A DNA stretch of 52,722 nucleotides from an uncultured archaeon (GTDB lineage: Archaea; Thermoplasmatota; Poseidoniia; MGIII; CG-Epi1), in contig CAZWJS010000001.1 of NCBI GenBank assembly GCA_964634895.1, positions 1-52,722 on the forward strand, read 5' to 3'. Under the pieces are notes generated by a model. That model did no database searches. It had not been told where the DNA came from and saw nothing but the letters and a program-made list of their open reading frames with translations. Both the position numbers and the translations under genes were made by a program. Positions 9,239 through 18,745 of this stretch are shown one piece after another. Within the stretch, counting starts at the first letter, position 1. Each line of letters begins with the position of its first letter.

Positions 9239-11335
9239 TTAATTTAGGCCTTGCTTTTTCGCTTCTAGGGCCTCTTTGATTCCAGGATCATTTATTCCAG
9301 TCCATGCCTCAGCTCCAATAATATTACTTGAATCAATACCTTCTACCCACAATTCAAGACCTTCAAACGAAGTTCTTGTTCCTCCTTCTATTACAAATTT
9401 GTATTTTGCAGATTCAGTTGTTGGGAGCCCTACAGACCAGATGGCTTGTTTTCCCTCTCTCTTACCAGGTCTAGGTTCAGCTTCTTTTATTTCATGTTCA
9501 GGTACTTCAGCCCTAAGTTTGAAATTAGCAGATTTTAGTCTATAGTTTATGATAGTTATCTGTATTTTAATATTATCCTTTTCGAATTCAATTTCTTCTT
9601 CTATCCATACAACATCCATAATTGCAGCTACTACTTTATCCAAATTAGGTATGGGTTTGTTTACGACACTAGATGTTTTCTCAGCAATTGCAGGTAATAC
9701 TTTTTGGACTAAGTCAAATTTTTCAGTAACTTTTGCTCTCTTTTTCTGTTTCTTTAGGTGTTTTGATAATGTTTTAGCATTGTTGCGAAGTGCCAACTTC
9801 ACTTCTTTTTTAATTTCTCTTATATCTGCGACAGCTTCTTTTGCTTCAGATGTAAAAGGAATATTTGTGGAGGCGACATGTACTAGAATTATTGCAGGTC
9901 CATTTGGTGTTCCTTTACCTCCTTTTTGTTCTAGTCCATATTGTCTCCAATTAATTCCTTGTATAGCTTTTGTTATTGCACACCCTCCAGCTTGATACAA
10001 TAAAGGTACTCTGTTAGCAAATCTCAGGATTTGTACGGGGTGGTCCTTTGGCAGGTTCCCACCATAAACCATTCCAACCTCTACAAGGAAAGGCGTGCCT
10101 GAGAAAACCGAAGGTGTTCTACTGACAGGTAGTGTATAAAAGTCAGGTCGGTATTCATCTAAAACTTGTTTCAGTCCTAATTTTATTAATTTTGGCCCTA
10201 TTGGAACTAGAACTCCGCTTGTAGGAGTTCTTATGGAAGTTTTCTTAAAAGCTTCAATCATTGCCTTTGCTTCAATGCGAGATAAGTCTTGAGGCCTTAC
10301 AATTGGTGATAATCTTGATTTGTTTAATACGTCACTAATACTTTTCGTACCCATTGATGAAAAATCTTTACGTAGAAATTTCATCATTTGGTGTTCTGAG
10401 CTATGGTGAGCCATTCGCATTACTTGCCCTAATTCGACACCATGAGGATGTGGTTTTACTCCTTCACTCGGAAGTTTAGCTAATTCCTGGCTAGCTCTTT
10501 CGAATATGAATTGTTTCTCGTCAGGATTTGTGAATATAATACGAGCATGCGGATTAACAATAGCCGTTGATTTTATGTATTCTAAGACAGAAGGTCTTGC
10601 TTCTCTATATCTTCCTTTTATCGCAAATTCAACTTTAGTACCATTAAATTTTTCAGGAATAATTCCATTTTCATCAGCTTCAGCCAATTCATCTTTCCAA
10701 ACAAAATCTTCAGTTTTTTCGACATTACCCCTATTATTTCGAGTGTCCAATTTCATTGTAATTTTACTGGCTAAATGATCTTTTGATATTCTTGTACTAA
10801 TTATTGCAGACCTGCCTGTTGTTAATTGTCCATACATAATTGCTGCTGAGATTCCAATTCCTTGTTGCCCTCTTGATTGTTTTCCACTTCCGAAACGTGA
10901 ACCATACAATAACCTACCAAAAACATTAGGTACATTCTCTTCAACAATACCGGGACCGTTATCTTCAATTGAGATGCTCAATTCATCTTTACCTAAATTC
11001 CCAATTTTTATTCTAAGTTCAGGTAGAATATCTGCTTGCTCACAAGCATCCAAACTATTGTCTACACCTTCTTTAACAGCCGTAATCAAAGAATGTGTTG
11101 GATTATCAAAGCCTAAAATATGCCTGTTTTGTTCAAAGAATTCTGAAACAGGAATATCTCTTTGTTCTTTTGCTAATTGATGTGCCTTAGTCTTTTTTCT
11201 AGACTTTGTTTTTATCTCTTTTTTCTTAGTTTTAGCACTAGGCGTTTCTTGTTTTTTCTCTAATTCAATCTCTGGAGCCTTCTCTTCTTCAGGCTTATTT
11301 TCATCACTTTCAAAGTTTAAGGTCATCTGACCCAT
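9239..11335 (-). CDS. top6B: DNA topoisomerase VI subunit B
   Basis: GHKL/Bergerat ATPase motifs are present: VKEGVDNSLDA, EDNGPGI and LYGSRFGSGKQSRGQQGIG. A transducer region follows. The N-terminal extension of about 60 aa is Lys/Glu-rich. Confidence 0.88.
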   Translation of the reverse strand: MGQMTLNFESDENKPEEEKAPEIELEKKQETPSAKTKKKEIKTKSRKKTKAHQLAKEQRDIPVSEFFEQNRHILGFDNPTHSLITAVKEGVDNSLDACEQADILPELRIKIGNLGKDELSISIEDNGPGIVEENVPNVFGRLLYGSRFGSGKQSRGQQGIGISAAIMYGQLTTGRSAIISTRISKDHLASKITMKLDTRNNRGNVEKTEDFVWKDELAEADENGIIPEKFNGTKVEFAIKGRYREARPSVLEYIKSTAIVNPHARIIFTNPDEKQFIFERASQELAKLPSEGVKPHPHGVELGQVMRMAHHSSEHQMMKFLRKDFSSMGTKSISDVLNKSRLSPIVRPQDLSRIEAKAMIEAFKKTSIRTPTSGVLVPIGPKLIKLGLKQVLDEYRPDFYTLPVSRTPSVFSGTPFLVEVGMVYGGNLPKDHPVQILRFANRVPLLYQAGGCAITKAIQGINWRQYGLEQKGGKGTPNGPAIILVHVASTNIPFTSEAKEAVADIREIKKEVKLALRNNAKTLSKHLKKQKKRAKVTEKFDLVQKVLPAIAEKTSSVVNKPIPNLDKVVAAIMDVVWIEEEIEFEKDNIKIQITIINYRLKSANFKLRAEVPEHEIKEAEPRPGKREGKQAIWSVGLPTTESAKYKFVIEGGTRTSFEGLELWVEGIDSSNIIGAEAWTGINDPGIKEALEAKKQGLN

Positions 11336-11376
11336 TCCTCCGGTATAAACACCAATAATTAAGCAGTACTCTCAGT

Positions 11377-11820
11377 TTACAGAAATTTTATTTCGCAAAA
11401 TTTTGATTTAGGTATTTGGTTTTTGAGGAGCTGCCCATTCCAATGACCACATCCCAATGCGATTTCATTGTACATGACAGTTACAAAACCAGGATCTAAA
11501 TCAGTATTTAGTTTTAAATCCATTCCACCACAAAAATTGATTGTATTTTTTTTATTCAGATTAACAATATTTTTACTTATTTTATTACTGAATAATTGGA
11601 TGAAATTGGTAGTAGGTTTAGGCGATTTGTCTAATCTAAATATGCAAAGACCTATACTTTCAGGATCAATTCTTTTAATTTTTTCGGGTCCAATATATAT
11701 CCTATTTTTGGAGCCAATATACCATTTGTATCCGTTAAAAGTAGCCTCTATTATACCAAATCTTTCGTAACAATATTCCACAATTGTTTTTTTTTTATCA
11801 TTATCCAGTTTTGTTAACAT
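11377..11820 (-). CDS. Hypothetical protein, possibly a PUA-like RNA-binding module split from the upstream NSUN-type methyltransferase
   Basis: This 147-aa ORF overlaps the stop of the upstream methyltransferase gene by 7 nt. It only weakly resembles the C-terminal domains of RsmF/NSUN enzymes, so the function is assigned mostly from context. Confidence 0.3.
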   Translation of the reverse strand: MLTKLDNDKKKTIVEYCYERFGIIEATFNGYKWYIGSKNRIYIGPEKIKRIDPESIGLCIFRLDKSPKPTTNFIQLFSNKISKNIVNLNKKNTINFCGGMDLKLNTDLDPGFVTVMYNEIALGCGHWNGQLLKNQIPKSKFCEIKFL

Positions 11821-12734
11821 TTCATTATCCTTGCCAAAAAGAAAGCATCTGTATTATTATGATGGGGCCATATTCTTACACATTTCTCAATGCTCATATC
11901 ATAATCTTTTTCTTTCCAATTAGTTATTCCTTTGCTCATTTTTAGTCCATTGAGCTGAATGTCTTGCATTTCAACATTCTCTTCATTGATTATTTCATTT
12001 ACAACATTTTCATTTTCTTCAGGTGCAAATGTACATGTAGAGTAAACTATAGTACTTCCTCTTGGAGCCATTTGACAGGCTTTTCTTAACAAGCCTTTTT
12101 GATTCTTGCTAAATCGTTCGTAATCTTGTTCTTTCCATTTTCTAGTTACAGCATTTTTTTTTCGAATAGTACCTTCTGAACTACAGGGAGCATCAACAAA
12201 GTACACATCAGCTTCTGTATTTGGAAAAGATTTGAAATCTCTTAATGTAACTGTAGTATTTGTTATCCCTAACCGATCTAAGTTTCCTCTTAATGATTTT
12301 ATTCTTGTATGCCTCACATCATTAGCTATAATATGACCTTTATTTCTCATCATTCCTGCAATTTGTGTTGTTTTAGACCCTGGTGCAGCACAGCAGTCAA
12401 TAATTTTTTTTTCTTCTATTTCTCCATCGACTATCAAAGGTGGTATCATAGAAGTTAATTCTTGGATATAAATATGTCCAGAAAAATGCTGAATACTACT
12501 TCCTAAATTTTTTAGATTGGTTGTGAATGCATTGTCACACCAATCTACTTTTTCTATTTTGGAGTCAAATTTTTTTATCCGATTTAAGATTTCATTCTTA
12601 TTACCTTTTAGTGGATTTATTCTAAAAGATTGTTTTAGTGGTTCATTTATGGTCTCAGCAAATTTTTTGGAGCAGTCAGTAAGATGACTATAACGCTCTA
12701 TAATCCGGTCTTTTACAGTTTGTAAATTAGACAT
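11814..12734 (-). CDS. NOL1/NOP2/Sun-family RNA (cytosine-C5)-methyltransferase
   Basis: SAM motif DCCAAPGSKTT and the catalytic motifs DAPCSSEGTIRK and YSTCTFAPEENE are present. Confidence 0.85.
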   Translation of the reverse strand: MSNLQTVKDRIIERYSHLTDCSKKFAETINEPLKQSFRINPLKGNKNEILNRIKKFDSKIEKVDWCDNAFTTNLKNLGSSIQHFSGHIYIQELTSMIPPLIVDGEIEEKKIIDCCAAPGSKTTQIAGMMRNKGHIIANDVRHTRIKSLRGNLDRLGITNTTVTLRDFKSFPNTEADVYFVDAPCSSEGTIRKKNAVTRKWKEQDYERFSKNQKGLLRKACQMAPRGSTIVYSTCTFAPEENENVVNEIINEENVEMQDIQLNGLKMSKGITNWKEKDYDMSIEKCVRIWPHHNNTDAFFLARIMKC

Positions 12735-12736
12735 CC

Positions 12737-14038
12737 CTAAGCCCTTAGAATACGGGCATTTGGTTTTTTAATATTCGCCATAGCATTTCTTGTATCTACG
12801 ACTAAATTGGCATGTCTCCCTATTAGTTCGTAATCTATGTTTGAGTGATCTGTAGTTATAATAATTGCATCTTGTTCTTTAATATTTTGAACACTTAATT
12901 CTAAACTTTTTTTCCCAGTTACTTCTTTTACGTAAGGATCATGATAGCAAATATCAGCACCTTTGAAACTTAACAAATCCATAATTCTTAAGGCAGGAGA
13001 TTCTCTCATGTCATCAATGTCTTTTTTGTATGCAACACCTAGCATCATTATTTTACTTCCCCTAACACTTTTTTCTTCATCATTCAATGCTTTTCCTATC
13101 CTATGTGCAATGTTCTCCGCCATTTTACGATTAATTTCTCCAGCTAATTCAATAAATTTAGCTTCAGTATTGTATTCTTTTGCTTTCCATGAGAGATAAA
13201 ACGGATCTATAGGTATACAGTGCCCTCCTATTCCAGGCCCAGGGTAAAATGGCATGAAACCAAAAGGCTTTGTTTTTGCAGCATCTATAACTTCCCATAT
13301 GTTAACTCCCATGCGTGAAAGTACAAGTTTTAGTTCGTTAACCATTGCAATATTAACTGCCCGGAATATATTTTCCATTAATTTAGTGGATTCAGCTGTT
13401 GCCATCGAACTAACCTCTACAGTCTCAGATACTATGTTTTTGTAAAGATAACTAGTAGATTTTAGGCATTCCTCCGTGAATCCTCCCATAACTTTTGGAA
13501 TCTTTGAAACATTGAAATCTTTATTCCCAGGGTCTTCACGCTCAGGAGAGTATGCAAGGAAAAAATCTTTTCCTGCAACTAATCCAGATTTCTCTAATAT
13601 TGGTTTCACTAGTTCTTCCGTGGTTCCGGGATAGGTAGTTGATTCAAGAACTATTAATTGTCCTTTTTTTAGATTCTTGCTAATTTCATTTGATGCGCTC
13701 TTAACATAACTCATGTCAGGTTGTTCATGTTCGTCAAGTGGCGTAGGTACACAGATAATGAGACAATCCATATTAGTTATTTCTGAGAAATTATTGGTTG
13801 CCGACCCTTTATTTTCCACAAACGACTGCATGGATTCTTGTTTAATGTGTTTCATAATCTGATTTCCTGCTTTTATATCTTCAACTCTTTTAGAATCTTT
13901 ATCAAATCCTAAAACAGTGAATCCTTTGTTGGCGAATTCCAAACCTAACGGAATTCCAACATAACCCATGCCAATTATTCCAACTTTGGCTTTTTTCTTT
14001 TTTATTTTACGCTGAAGTTTTTCGCTTAAATCATTCAT
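12737..14038 (-). CDS. Nucleotide-sugar dehydrogenase (UDP-GlcNAc/ManNAc 6-dehydrogenase type)
   Basis: Rossmann motif GIIGMGYVGIPLG, the catalytic Cys region GIGGHCIPIDP, and a C-terminal UDP-binding domain are present. Confidence 0.8.
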   Translation of the reverse strand: MNDLSEKLQRKIKKKKAKVGIIGMGYVGIPLGLEFANKGFTVLGFDKDSKRVEDIKAGNQIMKHIKQESMQSFVENKGSATNNFSEITNMDCLIICVPTPLDEHEQPDMSYVKSASNEISKNLKKGQLIVLESTTYPGTTEELVKPILEKSGLVAGKDFFLAYSPEREDPGNKDFNVSKIPKVMGGFTEECLKSTSYLYKNIVSETVEVSSMATAESTKLMENIFRAVNIAMVNELKLVLSRMGVNIWEVIDAAKTKPFGFMPFYPGPGIGGHCIPIDPFYLSWKAKEYNTEAKFIELAGEINRKMAENIAHRIGKALNDEEKSVRGSKIMMLGVAYKKDIDDMRESPALRIMDLLSFKGADICYHDPYVKEVTGKKSLELSVQNIKEQDAIIITTDHSNIDYELIGRHANLVVDTRNAMANIKKPNARILRA

Positions 14039-14077
14039 CTTTATATCTAATTCTACAAGGAGGGGGTATAAATTACG

Positions 14078-15097
14078 TTATATCTCAGTCATCCATCCAA
14101 ATTCATCATCTGAAGTGCCAAATTGTATCCCAGTAAGGTAGTTGTAAATCTCATTGGTTATATCGCCAATTTCACCTTCACAGAAAATATAATCCTTTTC
14201 TTGATAGTTAATGGAGCCAATTGGTGCTACAATTGCAGCAGTTCCCGCACAAAAAACTTCATCCGCAGCTAAGGCTTCTTCAACGCTAATTCTTCTTTCT
14301 TCAATTTCTAGTCCCATTTTGTTTTTTGCCAAGTAAAGAACAGAGGATCTGGTTATTCCAGGTAGTATAGATCCTGTTAATTCAGGAGTTATAACCTTTC
14401 CATCGATTACTGCAAAGAAATTAGCAGCTCCTACTTCTTCGATATATTTTTCCTCTGCAGCATCCAAGTATATTACTTCAGCATATCCTTTTGATTTTGC
14501 TAAACTGCTTGGCAACATTCCGGGCACATAGTTGCCAATTGCCTTCACACCTCCAGTGCCTTTTAGAGGGGCCCTGTGAAAATCATTTGTAACAATTAGT
14601 TTAATTGGTTTAAGCCCACCTTTGAAATACGGCCCCACTGGACTTACATAAACTATGAAATGATATTCATTTGAGGGAGCCACACCTACTCCTTCTCCCG
14701 AACCAAATATAATAGGTCTAACATACAGTGCACCTTGTTCAGTATTAGGAATATAATCAGCGTTATCTCTAACAACTTTTTTAACAGCATCTAAGAAGAG
14801 TGAACTTGGAATTTCAGGCATTGATAATCTTGTGCAACCATTTGCAGCTCTTTTTGCATTCATTTCGGGACGAAACATTGCAATTCTTCCATCATCCCAC
14901 TTGTATGCCTTCATACCTTCAAATAAACCTTGCCCATAGCTCAGAACTACTGCAGCAGGTGATAGGCTTAAGTTTTCGAAAGGCATCAACTTTCCACTTT
15001 GCCATTCCTCGCCTAGGTTGCATTTTGCTACATACATTGATCTAGTTTGAGTAAAGCTAAATGTTAAGTTTTCAAAGTCTACTTCGTCAGGTTTCAC
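14078..15097 (-). CDS. ilvE: Branched-chain amino acid aminotransferase (fold type IV)
   Basis: The 339-aa product carries YGQGLFEGMKAY, the GGVKAIGNY Lys region and GITR. These are typical of long-form BCAT. Confidence 0.8.
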   Translation of the reverse strand: MKPDEVDFENLTFSFTQTRSMYVAKCNLGEEWQSGKLMPFENLSLSPAAVVLSYGQGLFEGMKAYKWDDGRIAMFRPEMNAKRAANGCTRLSMPEIPSSLFLDAVKKVVRDNADYIPNTEQGALYVRPIIFGSGEGVGVAPSNEYHFIVYVSPVGPYFKGGLKPIKLIVTNDFHRAPLKGTGGVKAIGNYVPGMLPSSLAKSKGYAEVIYLDAAEEKYIEEVGAANFFAVIDGKVITPELTGSILPGITRSSVLYLAKNKMGLEIEERRISVEEALAADEVFCAGTAAIVAPIGSINYQEKDYIFCEGEIGDITNEIYNYLTGIQFGTSDDEFGWMTEI

Positions 15098-16407
15098 TTA
15101 TTATTCTCCATAAATTTTTTTAGTCTTTCGTCTAAAACAGGCATATCTTTTTCATCAACAAATGAGATACAAACCCGTAATCCTTCATGTCTATTTGAGC
15201 CGGTCGATTTTAGAGTAATTGTTGAAATACCATATTTCATTAATTCTAGCATTAGACTAGTTCCTTCATAGTTTGGATAAGACATCGTTAGGTAGAATCC
15301 ATCTCCTACAGTTTCATCCATATCTTTTTCATAAACTTGATTAAATCCATATTTTAGAAATATTTTACGGACTTTCTTTGCTCGTTCACCATAGGCTCTA
15401 GTTATAGCAATAAAATTATAATCACCATTTGTAGAACTTTCTAATATTTTAGTTAAAGCAAATTGAGCAGTATGACTTACGCCCGAAGTAGTAACATACA
15501 ATCCGCCAAGTGTGAATGCATGTCCGAATCGTTTTCTACCACAAAATTCTTCTAATTGAGCAAATTCTTGTTTATTCAAATCAGGTGATATAATTGCAAG
15601 GCCGCATCTTGGGCCCGGGAAAGAAAATGCTTTTGATGCTGAAATCAAGGTAATCCATTTTTTCCCAAATTTACCAACTGTAGGAATATATGGAGCCACA
15701 TTAGGCCGTGAATAATCCTTTCTAAAATCCATTCCCAGATATGCAAGGTCTTCGATCGCTAAGATATTGTTACTGTCACAAATTTCAGCAATTCCTTTCA
15801 ATTCATTTTCATTCAAACAGGACCAACTTGGGTTATTAGGCGATGACCATAGTAATCCACCAATATTTCCTCTAGAAATCTTTTTATTTATTGCATCTAA
15901 TAATCGTTCGCCTCTATTATCATAGAGTTCAATTCCTTCACTTTTAAGTCCTAAAAATTTAGATTGATATCTTGTTACTGGAAAAGTGGGGTCCAAATAT
16001 AGAATAGTGTCTTTTCCTTTATACATATTTCCGGCTAAGGCCTGAGAGATATATCCGCCCTGGAGAGATCCACAAGTTGGTATTACATGTTCAGGACCTA
16101 CATCAGTGTCTAGAAATGCTTTAACGAAGTTACAGCCTGCTAATTTCAGTTCAGGAATCCCATCAAATGGCGGATATATTCCTTGGAGTCCTTGTTCTAT
16201 TGCCTTCTTCTCGGCATCTTTTGCAATATCTGGTGTCGGAAGATTAGGTATTCCCATTTCCATTCTTACAAATTCAAACTTGCCTCGTTGGCTTATCATG
16301 GTAGCTAATCTGTTAGTTTCTCGAATAGAAAGATTGTTTGGATTGTAGCCAGCTTCATCAAAAATTTCTTCTAAAATTTCTTTTGAGATGGGTATTGAAT
16401 CTGTCAA
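15094..16407 (-). CDS. PLP-dependent aminotransferase, class I/II
   Basis: The 437-aa product has the PLP-lysine motif SASKAFSFPGPRCG and NPSW upstream. Substrate specificity cannot be determined by eye. Confidence 0.7.
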   Translation of the reverse strand: MTDSIPISKEILEEIFDEAGYNPNNLSIRETNRLATMISQRGKFEFVRMEMGIPNLPTPDIAKDAEKKAIEQGLQGIYPPFDGIPELKLAGCNFVKAFLDTDVGPEHVIPTCGSLQGGYISQALAGNMYKGKDTILYLDPTFPVTRYQSKFLGLKSEGIELYDNRGERLLDAINKKISRGNIGGLLWSSPNNPSWSCLNENELKGIAEICDSNNILAIEDLAYLGMDFRKDYSRPNVAPYIPTVGKFGKKWITLISASKAFSFPGPRCGLAIISPDLNKQEFAQLEEFCGRKRFGHAFTLGGLYVTTSGVSHTAQFALTKILESSTNGDYNFIAITRAYGERAKKVRKIFLKYGFNQVYEKDMDETVGDGFYLTMSYPNYEGTSLMLELMKYGISTITLKSTGSNRHEGLRVCISFVDEKDMPVLDERLKKFMENNK

Positions 16408-16451
16408 ATATAGTGCCTCTAAACTTCATTTAGTAGACCCCTTGCTAAAAG

Positions 16452-16463
16452 GTTTGTACAAAC
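16452..16463. promoter_or_regulatory. Perfect 12-nt palindrome GTTTGTACAAAC, a candidate operator next to TATA-like boxes in a divergent promoter region
   Basis: The palindrome gtttgtacaaac extends imperfectly to aaGgtttgtacaaacTtt. It lies just upstream of tttataaatat (16465-16475) and about 40 nt before the HTH-ThiN gene start. Confidence 0.35.
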
Positions 16464-16499
16464 TTTATAAATATATTTTATAATATATAAGTGATTAAT

Positions 16500-17306
16500 A
16501 TGATGCCTATAGAATTAACTGGAAAGTTACTCAAAGAATTAAGGGGAAGATCCTGTAGAATTTTGTCTAAAGAAGGTTGGACTCAGTCAAATCTTGGGAA
16601 AGCTTTAGGCGTAAGTCAGGTTATGGCTGGAAATTATATACATACATTATCAAAAAATTACAATGAGCCAATGGAAAGTGATTTACAAGAAGCAGCTACT
16701 ATTCTAGCAGAAATACTGAAATCAGGAGAGGCTTCTCGTTGGACTCTGAAAATTATAGTAGATAATCAAGATTTAATCATTAATTTTCCTGTCCAAGATA
16801 CTAAAGAAAAAGTATTGATAAAAATAGCTGAGATGCGAACACGCTTGGAGAGTTTTATTCCATTATTGTCACCCCAGGTAAGAGTAAATATTGCTATAGC
16901 TTCAAATGATGCTATAGAAATTTCAGATATAGCTGCATTTCCTGGTCGTTTAACGCCCATTGGCGGTAAAGCACGCCCTCTTTCTTCACCGAAATTCGGG
17001 GCTTCTTCACATCTTTCTGAGTTGCTTCTTAGTATCCGAAAATTTAATTCTCAAGTTTCTACTATTATTAATCTTAGATGGGATTCTATCATTTCAGATT
17101 TGTTGAAAGAATTAGATGTAGTATCTGCAATTTTGAATCGAACAGGCGACGATTTATCAATTCCTGACTTTGCAGTAGGAGCTGAAGCATTGATTGATGA
17201 AGGAGGTTATGGTTTTGAACCTTCACTTTATATTATTGGTCAGGATCAGGATAGAGTTTGTAGAATAGTAGAAGATTTAGCTAAATTAATGGATGCTATG
17301 GCATGA
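16500..17306 (+). CDS. HTH (XRE-like) domain fused to a ThiN-type thiamine-phosphate synthase-like domain (ThiR-like regulator or ThiN enzyme)
   Basis: The N-terminal HTH is WTQSNLGKALGVSQVMAGNYI. The C-terminal ThiN-like motifs are IAAFPGRLTPIGG and PKFGASSHLSELLL. The ORF track starts at GTG 16491, but ATG 16500 fits the upstream TATA spacing better. Confidence 0.6.
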   Translation: MMPIELTGKLLKELRGRSCRILSKEGWTQSNLGKALGVSQVMAGNYIHTLSKNYNEPMESDLQEAATILAEILKSGEASRWTLKIIVDNQDLIINFPVQDTKEKVLIKIAEMRTRLESFIPLLSPQVRVNIAIASNDAIEISDIAAFPGRLTPIGGKARPLSSPKFGASSHLSELLLSIRKFNSQVSTIINLRWDSIISDLLKELDVVSAILNRTGDDLSIPDFAVGAEALIDEGGYGFEPSLYIIGQDQDRVCRIVEDLAKLMDAMA

Positions 17307-18745
17307 TTTCCTCAAGTTTGGCATATTTCTTACTTTTGGTTACTTTATCTTTTTTTGCTTGGCTAGGATATAAAGAGTCATTGAATACAAAATTGGACAA
17401 TGATTCATTCCTATCAGCCAGAAATAGTCAGAATTGGATAATGATTGGTTTAAGTCTGTTTGCTTCTGGAATGGGTATATGGATTCTTTTTGGCCCTTCG
17501 GAAGTAGGGTACTACGGTGGATTCTATGATGTGTTTGGATATGCTTTATCATCAGCAACGCCTTTTCTTTTGTTAGCTTATATTGGGCCTACACTTCGTA
17601 ATTTAACTCCTAAAGGAGTTACTCTTGCAGATTTTGTCCGTAAGAAAATGGGTCGCTCTATGCAACTTTACGTTGGTATAATATCAATATTATACATGTT
17701 TACGTTCATGTTTGCAGAATATATTGCTATCGGTCGCGCGGTTGAATTCTTGGCAGGGATAGATTTTCTTGTTCCTATAATTCTTGTTGCAATTGTAACT
17801 ACTTTTTATACAGTAGTAGGAGGTTTACCAGTATCAATTAAGACAGATCGTATTCAATCATATTTCATTATGTGGTTGATTGTATCAATTATCTTACTTA
17901 TATTCAATGAAGGAGTTACACATGTTTTGGATGATGCTAAAGCTTACAATTCAGAGGATGATTGGAGCATTGGTAGTATAAGTGACGCCTCTACTTTCGA
18001 GGCAGGTTTTGCTCTTGTCTTAGCTATAACTGCCGCAGAGATGTTCTCCCAAGGCAATTGGCAACGTACATGGGCCTCCAAAAATGATGAAGCTCTACAA
18101 AAAGGCGCTTTGTTAGCATCAGGTCTATGTTTTGTTGCAGTCTTACTTTTTGGTTTTTTAGGAACTGTTGCAGCAGGTAGGGGAGCTGTATTAGATCCTT
18201 CAATAACCTTTTTCGATTTGATTAAAGACTATAATGAACCGTTTTTAGCTATGCTTTTGGTTCTTGGAATTGCATTAGTCTGCTCAAGTATTGATACACT
18301 TCAAAATGCAATTATTGCGGTTATTTCTAGAGATTTGACAGATTCTAAACATGACATTAATCAGACAAGATATGTTGCTATTTTTGCATCACCAATTGCA
18401 CTGATTCTAGCTTGGTATTATTCAGAGGACTCCCTGAGTGTTTTTAGGATATTCCTAGTCGCAGATTTGTTTGCAGCAGCCACTGTTTTACCAATTTTCT
18501 TATCTTTATCAGATCGAGTAACTCCAAATGGGGGATTAATAGGTGCTATTTCTGGCTTGATATCTGTTGTAATTTATGGTACTTTCACTTCAGATTTAGA
18601 AACGGGACTACAGTATATCATAAATCCAGTTAATGATTTTGGTCTTGCCAATTTGGATGTATTCTTGTCTGCACTTCTCGGTTCTGCTTTGATGACTATT
18701 CTTGTTTCAGAAATAGAGAATTGGATACGTAGAGGTATGCTATAG
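17303..18745 (+). CDS. Sodium:solute symporter (SSS) family transporter
   Basis: 480-aa polytopic membrane protein with the SSS signature FYTVVGGLPVSIKTDRIQSY. Its start overlaps the stop of the HTH-ThiN gene by 4 nt. Confidence 0.7.
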   Translation: MISSSLAYFLLLVTLSFFAWLGYKESLNTKLDNDSFLSARNSQNWIMIGLSLFASGMGIWILFGPSEVGYYGGFYDVFGYALSSATPFLLLAYIGPTLRNLTPKGVTLADFVRKKMGRSMQLYVGIISILYMFTFMFAEYIAIGRAVEFLAGIDFLVPIILVAIVTTFYTVVGGLPVSIKTDRIQSYFIMWLIVSIILLIFNEGVTHVLDDAKAYNSEDDWSIGSISDASTFEAGFALVLAITAAEMFSQGNWQRTWASKNDEALQKGALLASGLCFVAVLLFGFLGTVAAGRGAVLDPSITFFDLIKDYNEPFLAMLLVLGIALVCSSIDTLQNAIIAVISRDLTDSKHDINQTRYVAIFASPIALILAWYYSEDSLSVFRIFLVADLFAAATVLPIFLSLSDRVTPNGGLIGAISGLISVVIYGTFTSDLETGLQYIINPVNDFGLANLDVFLSALLGSALMTILVSEIENWIRRGML

